DNA of 64,000 bases from the human T2T-CHM13v2.0 reference genome, Homo sapiens. Positions 27,436-41,199 of this stretch are shown here, in pieces. Each line of letters starts with the position of its first letter. The first letter of the stretch is position 1. Where the stretch lies: assembly GCF_009914755.1 (NCBI RefSeq), contig NC_060929.1, one strand, 5' to 3'. Position numbers and translations under genes: made by a program. The notes under the pieces were generated by a model. That model saw only the letters and a program-made list of their open reading frames with translations. It had not been told where the DNA came from and searched no databases.

Positions 27436-29037
27436 AAGATCTTATAGGTGCCTTTATGGAAATAAGTAGAGTCCAACAGAGGAAAGCCACATTAAAACAA
27501 TGACAAAAACAAGAACAACATTTTTGTTCTGCCTTACATTACCTCTAGAGCAATAGGCTAAGTTAGATACACTCAAAGAAATTGCCTCTCAAGCTTGAGG
27601 ACCTAGAACACAGAATGTGGCAGGTGTATTTTGGAAATTACTCCATGGGAAATCACATGGGCCTTCAGTTCCCCAGGGAAAGTTGGGGAACAGCCTGCTT
27701 TTAGACAGAATGCTGAGTAACCACAGTTTGGAAGAGAAAAAGAAAAAATGTTGATGTGATGAACAGATGGAAGGGCTTGATGTTTTTAAATGCAAGTTAA
27801 AGAAGAAAGAGGCAATAAAATACAGAGAAATAATAATTTTCAAGTATGAAGAGATCATACTGCGGGAGTTGGACACATCTCCAGAGAGACTCATTAACAT
27901 CTATTAATGGAGGGATGCTCTTCGGTGTCTAATCTCAATCTTCTCTTCAAGAAAAGCTGGCACACTAGAAATTATGGAGTGTTGGAAACAGAGAGGGCTG
28001 CATGGAGACAGCTGTTGGACAAGAGCTCTGATGTTCAGTTAAGGGATGCAGCCGAAGGAATACGTACCCCATCTCCCCATGATCTGTTGGGCTCTCCCTC
28101 TCAGTCTCTATCTGTTTCCTACAGGTCACCTCCTGAAGTGCTGGATATGCTGGAAGAACTAGAAGGTGGAAGTCAAGGTGCTTGGAAGCAGTGAATGGTC
28201 ACCAGCCCAATCCCAACAACTGCAGATGTCCCATCAGGTCCCTCGATCTGAAAGGGACCCAGGAAGAAGAGGACACATTGCTGCTGTTCATTAAGTTAGA
28301 TTCTGTTACATCACAGAGGGGGAGAATGGGTAAAAAGTAAACTAGTAGTATCTGCTAAAACACTATTTTATTTTGTTCAAAAGCCTATGAACCAAGAAAA
28401 GTCAGGAACAGACACAAACATGGATAGATAGAATTCAGTCCCATATCACCTAAGGTATTGAAACATGATGGGGTTGAAAGAATACAGAATAATAAATTAG
28501 GCAGGTAATGTTCAAATTATAATTTGATTAACCAAATACGCAAATGTTCAACTTTACCTACAATCTAGGTTTAAATACACTACGAATAAATAAAATTGCT
28601 AATTCTGTGAAAAAAAGAAAATGTCAAAAGTTGAGAAAAACAATTGCTCATACTCAGAACTCTTTTGTAGTTTATGGATAACATGAGTATCATTTTGTTA
28701 AGCTTGCATAACTGAGTATGACCTCTCTTGGTCTGGGATCCTAGGAAAGAAGACTAGGGTAAGACTTGGATGCTGTTGTTTGATTGGGGAGTGCAGTCCC
28801 AGAGATGTGTAGTTGAAGTCAAAGAAAAGTAAGGCAGGAAGGAGGGGTGGGGCACCAGGAAATTCTGCACATGGGGTCACTGCTTCGTGAGGAAAATTAG
28901 TCTGTTGGGTGACCAGTCCCTTGAGGGGAGGAATGGAGAGAGAGTCGTTGTAGCTTTCTGCCTCTTTTTGAGGACTTCTTTGGTTGAAAGTCTGCTCCCT
29001 GTGGCGGTAACTCCCCCGCACCGCTGGGTTGCCTCAC

Positions 29038-29127
29038 CTGGAGCCTTTAGCAGTCTCCGGGAAGCCAGATCTGTGCCCTTCTGCCAGGGTCTCTGGTATT
29101 GTCCTGTAATCTTCAGGATGAAGGACG
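29038..29127 (-). other. Candidate spliced exon (90 nt; 116 nt with alternative acceptor at 29153), probably non-coding
   Basis: Minus strand gtcttttatgtctccag| ... CTCCAG|gtgagg; second acceptor tattttctgtgctgtttcag; locally CpG-retaining, non-repeat sequence. Confidence 0.4.
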
Positions 29128-30639
29128 CTGGAGACATAAAAGACTACGAAAATCTGAAACAGCACAGAAAATACCGCCAACTAGTAAAAGTTTAAGACAC
29201 CATCATTCAAATGAAAATTTTAATTTGAAAAAAATCCAACTTGTTAAATTCCAAACTTAGACCGAATTTTGCAAACAGTAATTACTGTTGTATTTTTTGT
29301 AACGTTGTTTTATTGTATTATTTATTGACAAGTACATAAACAAGACATATGTTACTAATGGATAATGAATATGTCTTGGTAGATAATGATTTTAAAAAAT
29401 TCAATTATGCAAACTTGTGATTTTGAAAAGTCATTACACATTTTTATTTATAAATATTTTTACAATGTAGTGTTCAGATTTAATTGTGTACTTTACTTGC
29501 AACTTCTCATCATGTCATTTGTACATAAAAATCTATATACAAAAATCTATATAGATTTTATATACAAACGACATGATGAGAAGTTGCAAGTAAAGTTCAC
29601 TAATTGTGTGGTTTGTGTCCTTATTCCCATTTTGAATGACAATGAAAACTAAGACTATATGTTTAATAACATCTTCTTCCAAACGCATTATGGTTCAGCA
29701 TAAAGCACAAATTTTATTCAAGGGTTTACTACATTTTCATGATTTGAAAAACTCAGAAATATTACTCAGCCCAGATAAAATATTCCACTCTGGAAGAATG
29801 TGTTTGATTGGTTGATGCCTTGGAGATCAATTATTCTGAAATAGTAAGTTCAATCTGGCATCATTCAAAGTCATCTCTCCCACAATCACCTGAAGGAATG
29901 ATAATACGGCAGGAAACCAAGAAAAATTAAGGATTTTTAAAGCCTCCACTGCAAAAAAGAATGGGTTCTTATAGTCACCGTGACCTTGGTGCAGGGTATT
30001 TTCTGGGGGATTGATGCCCTTTTCGGACGATCAACTCTCCCAGCTGATCATTAATCCCCAGACAGTGCCCCTGTCTGTATCACCATTGTTTAATTCAATT
30101 ATTTGTGGTGTGGGCTTTACTTTGTGAATATTTTATTGTTCAGTGGGGCTCCCTGACTTTCCTCTCTGCCTGTGCAATTCTATTTCTTTGACATAGACCA
30201 GCTCCCGTTTGCATTCCCTCACACACTCAGAGCTATCTCTAATTCATGGAGAGGAAAATATATGTGCATTCACAGATACAGATATGGTTATGCGAACATT
30301 TTGTGTGGAAATATTTATAAACAAATTCAAATAGACTATTAATGAACATATATGCCAGTTTTATAAATCACTGTAGGTTGTTTTATCAGAGTGTGCACTT
30401 TTATAGGCCAGAATTGGGTATCACCATTTAGATAAGGTTGGATGTTACTAGTTGAATAAACAGTTATAGTCTCTTAACATAAGAATGGAATTTAAATATT
30501 AGAAGCAGAAAAAAATGCAATGTGAATAATCATCTCAGGGTGCAGGTATCTGGTATCTGGGCCAATGCCCATGTCTACACATGGTTAAGGACTATGTACC
30601 TTCAGACTGATGGGCAGATGGGCACGGCACCTAGCATTC

Positions 30640-30800
30640 AGCATTCATGGCCAGAGAGATCAGGTTCAAATCTCAGCTCCATCCTGAGACTAGAGTGCTT
30701 TGAATGCATTGCTACTTCCCCTATTAGGTACCTAGGGAGCATTACTACTCCAGTGCTTCTGAGAGGGTTAAACGTGGAGCTATCACATGGTTCATTCTTG
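30640..30800 (+). mobile_element. MIR fragment
   Basis: ggccagagagatcaggttcaaatctcagctcca...ctgagagggttaaa. Confidence 0.5.
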
Positions 30801-33800
30801 TGAATTGTATGCAGACATATTCCATAGGTCACATAACTCTCAGTGTGGATATGTGTGAATGTGCACACATACAGATGTATGCAGGTTTATTATAAGCAAA
30901 CGATTCCATTTGTAATGCTTGTTTCTGTTGAAGATGTTTTTCTAATAGTAAATGAGTTTATTGAGTTATAAAGCTTTCACCTCATTTAAATTGAAGTAAT
31001 TTAAAATAAAATCATGATATATTTCAGTGATACATTTGAATTTTATTAATTTGTTATATTTATAAACACTGTTTGTATTTTATTTTTGTGCATAAATTAC
31101 ATGTAATCTAATTTTATAAGTATGGCAATAGTCCTAGGAATATTGGAAACCTTATCCTCCAAGAAAGCATACAACCGGTTGATAAATGACTGAGTTTTAC
31201 CCAATCACTTCTTTGTATCGTTGCAATACTAGACACATTTTAGAATTTCTTTTCTCTTACCGTGGTAATTTCCATGAATGCATACATTACCATGAGTTTC
31301 GAAGCAATTGATTGTTTTTTAGGTGTTTTTTTTAATATCTATGCCATTGAACAATGCATTTCTCACTTTAGGCACTACACAGAACTTCCTTTAGAATAGC
31401 TGAACTGAAACAACTTCTCTCTGCCTTTCTTCAGAAGCTTTCCCATTTAATCTACATTTAAAAATCAGTAAAGATGGACTCCTTTTGCTCTTCAGGAAAG
31501 AGTTGTAGTCTTCTCAATGCTTGTCAAACAAACACAACGATAAACAAAATCCAACACAATGATAAATGCAATACGTATCTTTCTATGGAAGTTTAAAATT
31601 TAAATATTTCATGTGTAAGAATATTGCCATTGATATGCACTTACATTTTATAATGAGCACATAAAATAAAACAGTGTGGAAACCACTATTTTTAAGGATG
31701 TATGTTAATCTGATATGTTAAAAAAGTTAATCCAGACATCATTGAATGAGTTAATCTGGGCATCATTTCATTCTAACAGGATAATCTTCAGCTCTCACCA
31801 GTGGAATCTGAACATCCAAGAAATTTCTGTTCAGTTTCTGATGGTCCAGGACAAAAAAAAAATGTCTCTTCTGTCTTTTCAATGGATATCGGTTTGACAT
31901 AGTAAGGTCTTGTCCACGCTCTGAGTTGTTCTGCCTCTTTGGAGATGCTTTTCTTTTCTTTTCCTTTTTTTTTTTTATTTGACAATGTATTCTCAAGGTT
32001 TTAGATGAAGACATTAAATTAATATTCCAGTAAGTAGAATATTAAATTGGGAAAGCTGACATCTACCTTTCAAACATTTTTTTCATCTTTATTAGATATG
32101 AAAGACACAGACTTTAAAGTTGCACCTGCAAAAGCCACACATAGGAGTTAAACTTTAGCCTGAAAAACATGATGCTGAATATACACCTTCCAGGTCCCTA
32201 AATTCTATGTAGGTATGAACACTTGCTTAGGTAAGTGATATCTACAGTTGATTGGTAGCTACTTTCTTGCTAAGTATTTTGAATGGCTCTCTTTGTATCT
32301 AATGCCATGCCATGATAGGTGTTACTGTCATCATTTCCAGATGAAAGATAGGGTCATGGATTGAGGGTCGAGTGCCCCAGAGCCTGCCTTCCTAAGCATG
32401 ATGGTGTGCCACCCTGAGGAGACTCAGGGACATGGTGATGTTTTGCAGCAAATAGCCAAATGCCTCAACTGATAAACTAAGATCACACACGAGATCACAC
32501 AGAATGAAATTCTTACTAAGCTGTAATAGAAATTTTAGAGGTATCTGGTATGCGTCATGTTGGAAAACAAAATAATGTTTAGAATATTTGATAATAAAAT
32601 ATAATAATTTTACCTAAATTAAAATAAATTATGTTTGGAAGACAATTTTCAGTGGATGATCACAAACAATACATGACAAAGATATAAAAAAATTCCCAGA
32701 TTTGGGGGGAGGGTTTAAAATAACAGGAACCGTTGAAAGTGGATTTGTGTACGTTTGTTTATAGTGTCACACATTAAAATTTCTAAACTCCTAAATTCTT
32801 TCTTTTGTGAACAGCGTGAGTACATAAAATATTGTGTCAGTGTTTCCACTATAAATGTTATTTCTCAGAGATTTACAACTTTTCCCATAAAAATGTGACC
32901 TCTGGCATTAACTATCTATTCTCAGCAGTGAGACTGACATTTTTACATGCAACTTTTTATACCCAACCCAAAAAAACAAAGCTAGCAGTAGAGTTGTTTG
33001 CAGGCCAAGTGTAATTGCTGAGAACATTCTATAGCAGTTTAAGATGCATACCTGAATTATATTCACTGAGAGTCGACAACATTCATAAAAGGGCAGTTAA
33101 TTAGTCTGTAATCAGGTCTAATCATATTTTATTTGTGAAAACACTTAAACAAGCCTGACATTGGTCTGGGTGTTACCTTTTTCCAAGAGAGTAGAGCCCG
33201 GCTACTGGCTCTCCCACCTCCCCTGACTTCCACGTGACAGTTCACTACACACAAATGCGCTTTGTAGCCTTACTAGTTTATGAGAAAGGAAAATGTAGGC
33301 ATCTAGTAGTTCCTATGAGAAATGAACATTGACTTTCTCTGAAGAAAATATAAATGGATTTACTTAACTGGGCTCCGGTCATTGGAGCAATTAATAATAG
33401 ATTGTGTCATAGTGAGGGCTTTGTTTGTATTTAAAGCAATAAATTATAAGTATTAAATGTATATTTATTCCAAGTTAAACTCATTTCTAATTGACATGTT
33501 ACTTAGCCCAAGGCTTTTAAGATCTTTTAGTATAATTAAATTAATAGAAAGCTATAGATCACAGCATGATAAGCAAACAGCCCAGATTTTAATATGACAG
33601 ATATACACAACAGGCCATGTAAGGAGATCATTATTATCGGTTTAGGTTCAGCAAAAATACAGCCGGAATGAGAAGAAAACAAGCAGGTGAAGCCATGCTA
33701 AAGTGGGGGACACGAGGGACTCCATATTTGCCCTTGTCTATCTCACCAGCATCAGAAATTCCAGGCTGGACAGGAACTTCATTATGAAAATGTCCTGGTT

Positions 33801-34790
33801 GGATCGATTCCTTAAACCAGAAGCTTTTAAAACCCCACATCAAACATTTAAAGGGTATTATGGTCACCTCAGGCTTTGGGTAGTCAAAAAATGGAATAGT
33901 ATTCCACTTACATAGGGCCAAATTAGCTATCTCTACTTCTTGTGAATTTTCAAAATCTGAATTTATTCAGTGGTTAACGATAAATGCATATCGTAAATAC
34001 TATCAACCGAGGATGCACTGAAGACTTCAATTTTTATAATTTCATTAATTTGAAAGCCTCAACATGCTTCATAACAGTGTGTTTGCCTTGTTCTGACAAT
34101 GTGCTGCAGACACAAATATAGTCTTCTCTAATATCAGAAAAAAATGAGAAATAGGCTGTGTTCACAGGCTGAGTTGCTTTGTTTCAAAACCAGAATGGTT
34201 TGTTTTTTCCCATTGTGCTGACATCAAATGTTTTCTTTGCACTGATGTAACTCGTCAGTGAATGTGGGCTCATGTCCATATTTCTAGCCTCCTGGTGGAC
34301 TGATATTTGTCATTTTATATGTCCCCTTTTTATGCCAAGAAATTGCACCTCGAGGACAGGGGGATCTTTTATTAACCTTTGTATCCCAGTGGTCATTTTG
34401 CCATTCACATAGTAGGTATGCAGTAAATGCTCATCTAGTGAAGGAATGCATTACAGTCCGGGCATTTCCTGCTATGAAATGAGTCATCTTGGTGAGGAGT
34501 TGCGCGAATCTTCAAGGTAGAGTTCTGTGTATGCAAAGACACAGATCCTCTGGCATTTGTAAATCTGCTAATCGCTTCTTGAGTGTCATTAAATGTATAA
34601 GAGGTCCTAAAACCAAACCAGTAGGGCATCTTGTCCAGGTTGTACTTGAAGTTTTACTGAATGCTTATATTTTTGAGTTTATTGATAGCAACACTTTTCA
34701 TTCCCAAAATATTATACAGACATTGTGTTGCAGTGTAGACAACAGGAAGTTTTGTTGCTTCCGTTTTTGGTAGGCTAGGTGTTTCAGTGA

Positions 34791-34802
34791 GGGGGGGGGG
34801 GG
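34791..34802 (+). repeat. G12 homopolymer
   Basis: Twelve consecutive G residues. Confidence 0.95.
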
Positions 34803-34949
34803 TTCTAGAATTTTTTGGTAACGGTTAATTACGTTTTTACTTATCTATCCAGGTAAGACTTCTTACGCAAAGAGCTCCTGAGTATCATGTATTCCATGCG
34901 TCAATTTCCATGTGGCATTTTCTATATTAATAGGACAGCTGTAGCCTTT

Positions 34950-35200
34950 TAAAATAAACTTTTTATTTTAAAATAATTTTAGATTTACCAAGTGTTGCAA
35001 AGGTAGTACAGGGTCCATATATATTGCTTGCTTGGTTTCCTTATTGTTAACATTTTATTTATCATAATGCATTTGTCACAACTATGGGAACAACACCGGA
35101 ACATTTCAATTAACCAAATGCCAGAACTTATTCAAATATCAATAGTTTTTCCACCGGTTGCTTTCCTTTGTTCCAGGATCCCATCCCAGAGACCACACTA
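34950..35200 (-). mobile_element. L1MC4-like 3' end
   Basis: ttttattttaaaataattttagatttac...gttgcaaaggtagtacag...tgttccaggatcccatcccagagaccacac. Confidence 0.75.
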
Positions 35201-37629
35201 GTCTGGTCTACACAGCTTCTGGGAGGTTTCCTAGGTGTGTGAGGCTGCGCCTGGTTCTTCATATTCAAAACTATTATCTCCAATATTTTCCAGAGGGACC
35301 ATGGGCACTGCCTTCTTTGCCCCTCTTCTTCCCTTGATTATTAATTCATTTGATTATTTGGGGAGCGTGTGGCAGGGGCCTACTTGGATGTTTTTGGAGC
35401 ACTTGCTCCAATAGCCTGTGTTTTCGTACTGAAACCTGATGGGGCTGTTGTAGCAGCCATGTCAGTAGGAATGCTGAGGCACACAGGAAGCCCTTCTGAC
35501 TTCCTCCCAGCAAAGGGAGAAAACCCTCCCGGAACGGCTCACTCACAATGTAAGGGACCCAGGTGGAACCTGTCATGAGGCTTCTTCCCTCATCCTAATA
35601 CAATAATTTTCCTTTACCTTCTTTTACACTGTGTTTCCACAGGAAAGCCTGAGTGTCTACAACACATTCACTAGAAATGCTCCTGACCAGAAGAAGGCAA
35701 TTAAACCAGTCAGTACTGGTTTCAGTTCATCTGGATTTCATATTATTAAACTAATAGAAGGTGCATAAAAAACAGGAACTTAATTAAAAGTTTTGTACAA
35801 GAGGCATATTTTCAGAGACCAGGGCCATGGTAGTTTTGTAATATGAGTAATTTAGAAGACTGAAATATTTGGCCAAGGTTCATGCCATTCCTTGAAATAT
35901 ATTGTTCAGTGTGAAGTGGAGCAAGTCTAGGCTGGGCACTTTATTTTGCACCTGCAAATGAGAAAAGTCATTACAGCTGAGGAGATGATTCAGCCAATGC
36001 AGTATCTGACTTCTCAGGAGGGAGGACATTTTTTGTCTGGAAGCGATGGATATATATGATTCTAATGAAATGGGCCATTAAAATTTAACTAAGAATATAG
36101 AGCACAATTTTAGTTTTTAAAGCCTTGCTTAACAATCAGTAGAGTATTCAATTTACCTCTAAGACTTTTGAAAGAAATATAGAAAATTTGATGTGATAGA
36201 CTGTCAGATTCATCAGTTATGTCAATGTATATATTTGAATCTGTTATTTCCTTGGTCTATTTAATTTTGTGCCTAAGGGCTTTGAAAACCATCTATTCTA
36301 GAGAATAAGACCTTTATCTGGGATTTAAATAGGTCATTTAACTTTATTGTTATTCTGCACAATGATTCTAAATCCAATCATCTCGGTGAAACCCTTAAAA
36401 TACATGTTTAAGTTCAATAACATAATGGGGAATTAAAAAGCACAAAATAAAATTTAATCTGCACAATTACACTACTTACCGGATGTTATAATTTCTTTAG
36501 CTATACTTCAATTAAAATTTCAAAATTGCTGAATATTATGTTCTACTTTTAAAATTGATCCATTAATTGTCCCTAAACCAATGTAAGCACAGGTTTTCTT
36601 TTTAATATCTGCTGCCTGATGTAATTATGTTATATATAATTATTTTATCACAGGCAGTTTATGAGTCATGCCTTTGTATTAGCTGTCTCTCTATACCTCA
36701 CAATGTGCAGGCTGGAATCAATGACGTATTTTAATATGTTTTATTTAGGAAAAACAGGTGGCACCCCCAACCCTACCCCATAGTGTGGTGATATTGTGAT
36801 AATCAACCTAAATTTAGATCAGTGGGTAATTAAACTGGATTCCAACATTGTAATACAATGTGAAGTCCAGATGAACTTCAGTTAGCAAAATCCCTTTATG
36901 CACTGAAATAGACTTGACTTGAGCTCTTCACAAACCCTGGCTGGGATATTTGGATTGGAGTACATGGTTTACGTGGGCTGCTTCTCAAATGTCTCCATTG
37001 GTCAGGGACACCTCCTGGAAGGCCGCCTAAATGGATGATCCCTAGCCACAAGTATTAGACCTTTTCAATGAGAATCATACATGACAAAGAGGTGATAAAA
37101 GAAAAGTACAGAAAAAATGTGAATGAGTTCTGTGTTCAGAGGATTAATTGTCTGATTTATGAAACTTGCGGTTAGCCTCAGTCAGGATTCTTCACATTGT
37201 TGGCTCTCTGCTTAATTCTGCAATGTTGGGAAGATCATCATGAAACAGCACAAGAAAGTGAACTTGGAAGCCTCCTGGACATTTTATCAGACAGATGATA
37301 AACTCCTTTTGACCTCCATACTCAATTTAGTAAAACCAAAAGACGATTCGATTTTCATCAAGGTGTGTCTGGAGGCATTACAATGTTGCTGTTTTTCTTT
37401 GTGCTAATCTCTAAACCAAACAACAATTGTTCCAGTCTGTGTCTTCAGTTGCACATGACATTTTTTAAAAAAACATTTAAGCATGCTAAATTAATACATA
37501 ACTAAAACTGGTTTAACTTGGAAAGGGCAGTTAGAAAGAGATTCGTAATTTATTCTTAAACCGCAAAGCTAGATGTCTACTCAATGTTTTAATTAGTAAG
37601 GCAACCAATGCCACATAACATTTTTTAAA

Positions 37630-38660
37630 TCCTTTTTTATAAAATACATTTAGATTTAGAAAAAAAGAAATGGAGAGTAAATAAAACAATGGTTACCAAC
37701 GTCTAAGCGTAGGGGATCTGGAGGAGAAAATGGGAAGGTGCAGGTCAAAGAATACAAAGTGACAGATATGTAAGATGAACAAGTCCAAAGATCTAAAGTA
37801 AAATATGAGGAGTACAGTTGATAAGTGTACTGTATTCAGGATTTTTGCTAAGTGAGTAGATTGTAGCTGCTCTTGCCACAGTGGGAAGAAAGCATAACTA
37901 CCTTAGATATGATGCATCTGTTAATTTGTTCCACTATCGTAACCATTTTATTGTTACATATCTTATAACATTATGTGGTATACCTTAAATATACACAGTA
38001 AAATGTATTTCTTTAACACAAAGAGCTGCTGTATATTGTTTTCTCAGATTTCCCTCATGTTAACATGTTACATAAAGATGTCACATTTGTCAAAACTAAG
38101 CAAATTATACTCAAAACTATTAGTAAACTGCAAACTGTATTTGAATTTTAGCAGTTTTTCTACTAGTATTCTTTTCTGTTCCAGGATCCAATCTAGAATC
38201 ACACAGTGCCTTGTTCATTGTGTCTCCTTAGCATCCTCTAATTTATGATAGTGTCACAATCTTCCTTTGTTTTTCATAGTCTTGAGACTATTGAAGAGTA
38301 ACTGGTATAGTATTTTGTAGTGTGTCCTCCAGTTTGGGTCTGTCTGATGTTTTCTTATCATGAAACTAAAGTTATGGGATTTAGAGAAGAAGATCACCAC
38401 GGTGAGGGGCCTTCCCATCACGTCGTTCAGAGGTTGCATGGTGGGTATGTGGCATCCTGTTCAGGGCAGCCTTGGCTACTGGGCTCAGGTAGGGCTTCCA
38501 GGCTTCTCCACCACAGGTCATGAAGTTCTCTTTTCCAAGCACTGCTGTTTGCAAGGCAGTCCCTAAGTGTTACCTACACTCAGCTGAGAGAGACAGATGA
38601 AGTGCACTTTCTGGAGGGATATGTCTACAGACTGTACCTGGACTTGTTCTGTAAGGAAGA
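37630..38660 (-). mobile_element. L1MC4-like 3' region interrupted by a younger L1
   Basis: tttagatttagaaaaa ... tgttaacatgttacataa, ttttctgttccaggatccaatctagaatcacac, tgaagagtaactggtatagtattttgtag. Confidence 0.75.
37670..38016 (+). mobile_element. L1MA/MB 3' UTR fragment nested in L1MC4
   Basis: aatggttacca...ggtcaaagaatacaaagt...gatgaacaagtccaaagatcta...tttttgctaagtgagtagatt...taccttaaatatacacagtaaaat. Confidence 0.75.
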
Positions 38661-38959
38661 TCTCTGACATGACATTTTAAAAGGAATAACAGTTGTAGAC
38701 ATCTTCCTCATCACATCAATAATCAAAGATGAAAGTCAGCCAATGACAAATCTTTCAGAGATAAAGTGATCTCTGGAAATGATCTGGAAATAAAAATAAT
38801 TTCTTCATTATTTTTTCTAAATTGCATGTTGTCAATGTAAAACAAGGTAACTTTTAATAGAAACATAATTTCTAAAGGAAACACATAGGAAACATGGAAA
38901 TCTGATTCTGTTAAGAAGAGATCTTAATATAGGATTATCCTCTATGGATAATCAAGTAG

Positions 38960-40870
38960 ATTTTTCTTTATTTTCTTTGTAAGAGTTTTATGGTGACAGG
39001 TCTTACATTTAAGTCTTTAATCTATTTCCAGCTAACAACTTTTTTGTGTATGGTGTAAGGCAAGGGTCCTGTTTCAATATTTTGCATGTAGATATCCAGT
39101 TTTCCCAACACCATTTATTAAAGAGACTTTATTTCCCCCTGGTGTATTCTTGGTCACCTGTCAAAGATTAGTTGACTCTATATGCATGAATTTGTATCTG
39201 GGTTTTATTCCATTGGTTTGTATCTGTTTGTATGCAATTACCATAGTGTTTGATTACTGTAGCTTTGTAACATAGTTTTAAATTAGAAAGTGTGATGCCT
39301 CTAACAACTTTTATGATTGTTTTAATTATTAAGAGTCTCCTGTAGCTACATATTAATTTTAGTTTTTTTCTTTTTTATGAAAATATTTAATATGAAGATA
39401 TTAAATGTTAAGTTTTTTCTTTTTTATGAAACTGTTAAAATGCTTTGAAACATTTATTCATTTTAACTTTTATTTTAAGTTTATGGGTACATGTGCAGGT
39501 TTCCTACATAGGTAAACTTGTGTCATGGGGGCTTGTTGTATGGATTATTTCATCACCCAGGTATTCATCCTAGCACATTATAATTTTGATAGGGATTGCA
39601 TTGAACTATAGATGGTTTTGGGTAATATGTGCATTATAACAACATTAGTTTTTTCAGTCCATGAACAAAGGATATCTTTCCATTTATTTCTCTCTTTTTC
39701 AATTTCATTTATTCGTATCTTATAGTTTTCAGTGTACAGATTTTTCATCTCCGTTGTTAAATTTATTCTTAAATGTTTTATTCTTTTTTATACTATTGTG
39801 CATGGAATTGTTTTCTTAATTTTTTAGAGTACATTCTTACTGTATAGAAATGCAACACATTTTTGTGCATTGATTTTATATCTTGCAAGTTTATTTTATT
39901 CATTTAGTAGCTTTAATGATTTCTTTACATAGGATTATGCCATTTGCCAAGAGAGAGAATTTGACTTTCATTTCTAATTTAAAATTTTTTTTTCTTTTTC
40001 TTCTCTAATTACTTTTGCTAGGAATTCTAGTACAATCTTAAGTAGAAGTGGTGAGAGTGTACATTGTTGTCTGGTTCCTGATCTTGAAGAAAGACTTTCA
40101 GCTTTTTATCAAGTCTGAGGTTTTCTGTGGACTTCTCATATACGGCCTTTATTATGTTGAAGTACATCCCATCTAGATTTAATTTCATGGGGGTTTTTAT
40201 GATAAAAACAAGTTGAATTTTGTCATTTTTTTTCTATATCTCTCGATATAATCATAGGATTTTTATTCTACATTTTGTTAATGTGATGCATCATGCCTAT
40301 TAATTCACCTACACTGAATCATCCTTGCACTGTAAGCATAAATCTGACTTGATCATGGTACATGATCCTTTTAATGTGCTGTCAAATTTACTGATCATAT
40401 TCTGTTGAGAATTTTTGCATCTACGCTTATCAAAGAGATTGGTCTCTAGTTTTCTTTTCTAATAGTGTAATCTGGCTTTGGTATGAGGGTAACACTCACC
40501 TCATCAAATTCTTTATTAAAGTAATTTGAAAGTATTCTCTCCTCTTCAATTTTTGAGAAAAGTTTTAAAGGATTGGAGTTAATTCTGGTATGGATGCTTG
40601 GTAGAATTCACCCTTGAAATCTTCTTGTCTTAGGTTTTTTGTTGTAATTGTTGGGAGGTTTTAAATTACTGCTTCTGTCTCTTTAACTGTTTTTTTTTGT
40701 TGTTGTTGTTGTTACAATTTTCTATTTTTTTTATTAATTCAGTCTTGCTTGGTTTTACGTTTTAGTACATTTCTTTTATGTTATCCAATTTACTGACAAG
40801 CAATTGTTTTTGGGTCTCTTGTGGCCCTTTCTTTACATTACTGTGGTATCAGTTGTAATGTCTCTCATTT
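38960..40870 (-). mobile_element. L1M ORF2-region relic
   Basis: tttgcatgtagatatccagttttcccaacaccatttattaaagagact, gtagaagtggtgagagtgtacattgttgtctggttcctgatct; many disablements. Confidence 0.88.
39461..39576 (-). mobile_element. Short L1PA 3' end nested in L1M
   Basis: ttttaacttttattttaagtttatgggtacatgtgcaggtttcctacataggtaaacttgtgtcatgggg...catcacccaggtatt. Confidence 0.85.
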
Positions 40871-41199
40871 ATATTATATTATATTATATACTATTATTTA
40901 TTATCTATTACAATACATACAATTATATATATATATATAAAACAAAATCCACCTCCCAAATTATAACCCTTAATGTTCAAACACTCTCCCTTGCTTCTTC
41001 TTTCTCTGTCAAGTGGCATGCTCTAGATAAGTCCACATTTCTACCCTTGCTCTCTTTGTGCTCTTCCAACTGAGAATTGCTGAGAGAAATATAACTGACA
41101 TGATGCATTTATACAAATAAGGTTAAAAAACAGAGTGGTATAGTCCGAGTTGAGAGGGGAGGCACTGAGGTTGATTGCCTACATGAAGAAACAGCTCAA

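Noticed and set aside
28095-28194. Plus-strand acceptor ttcctacag followed by a short open frame (SPPEVLDMLEELEGGSQ...)
   Set aside because: No convincing donor, an early stop and no recognisable protein.
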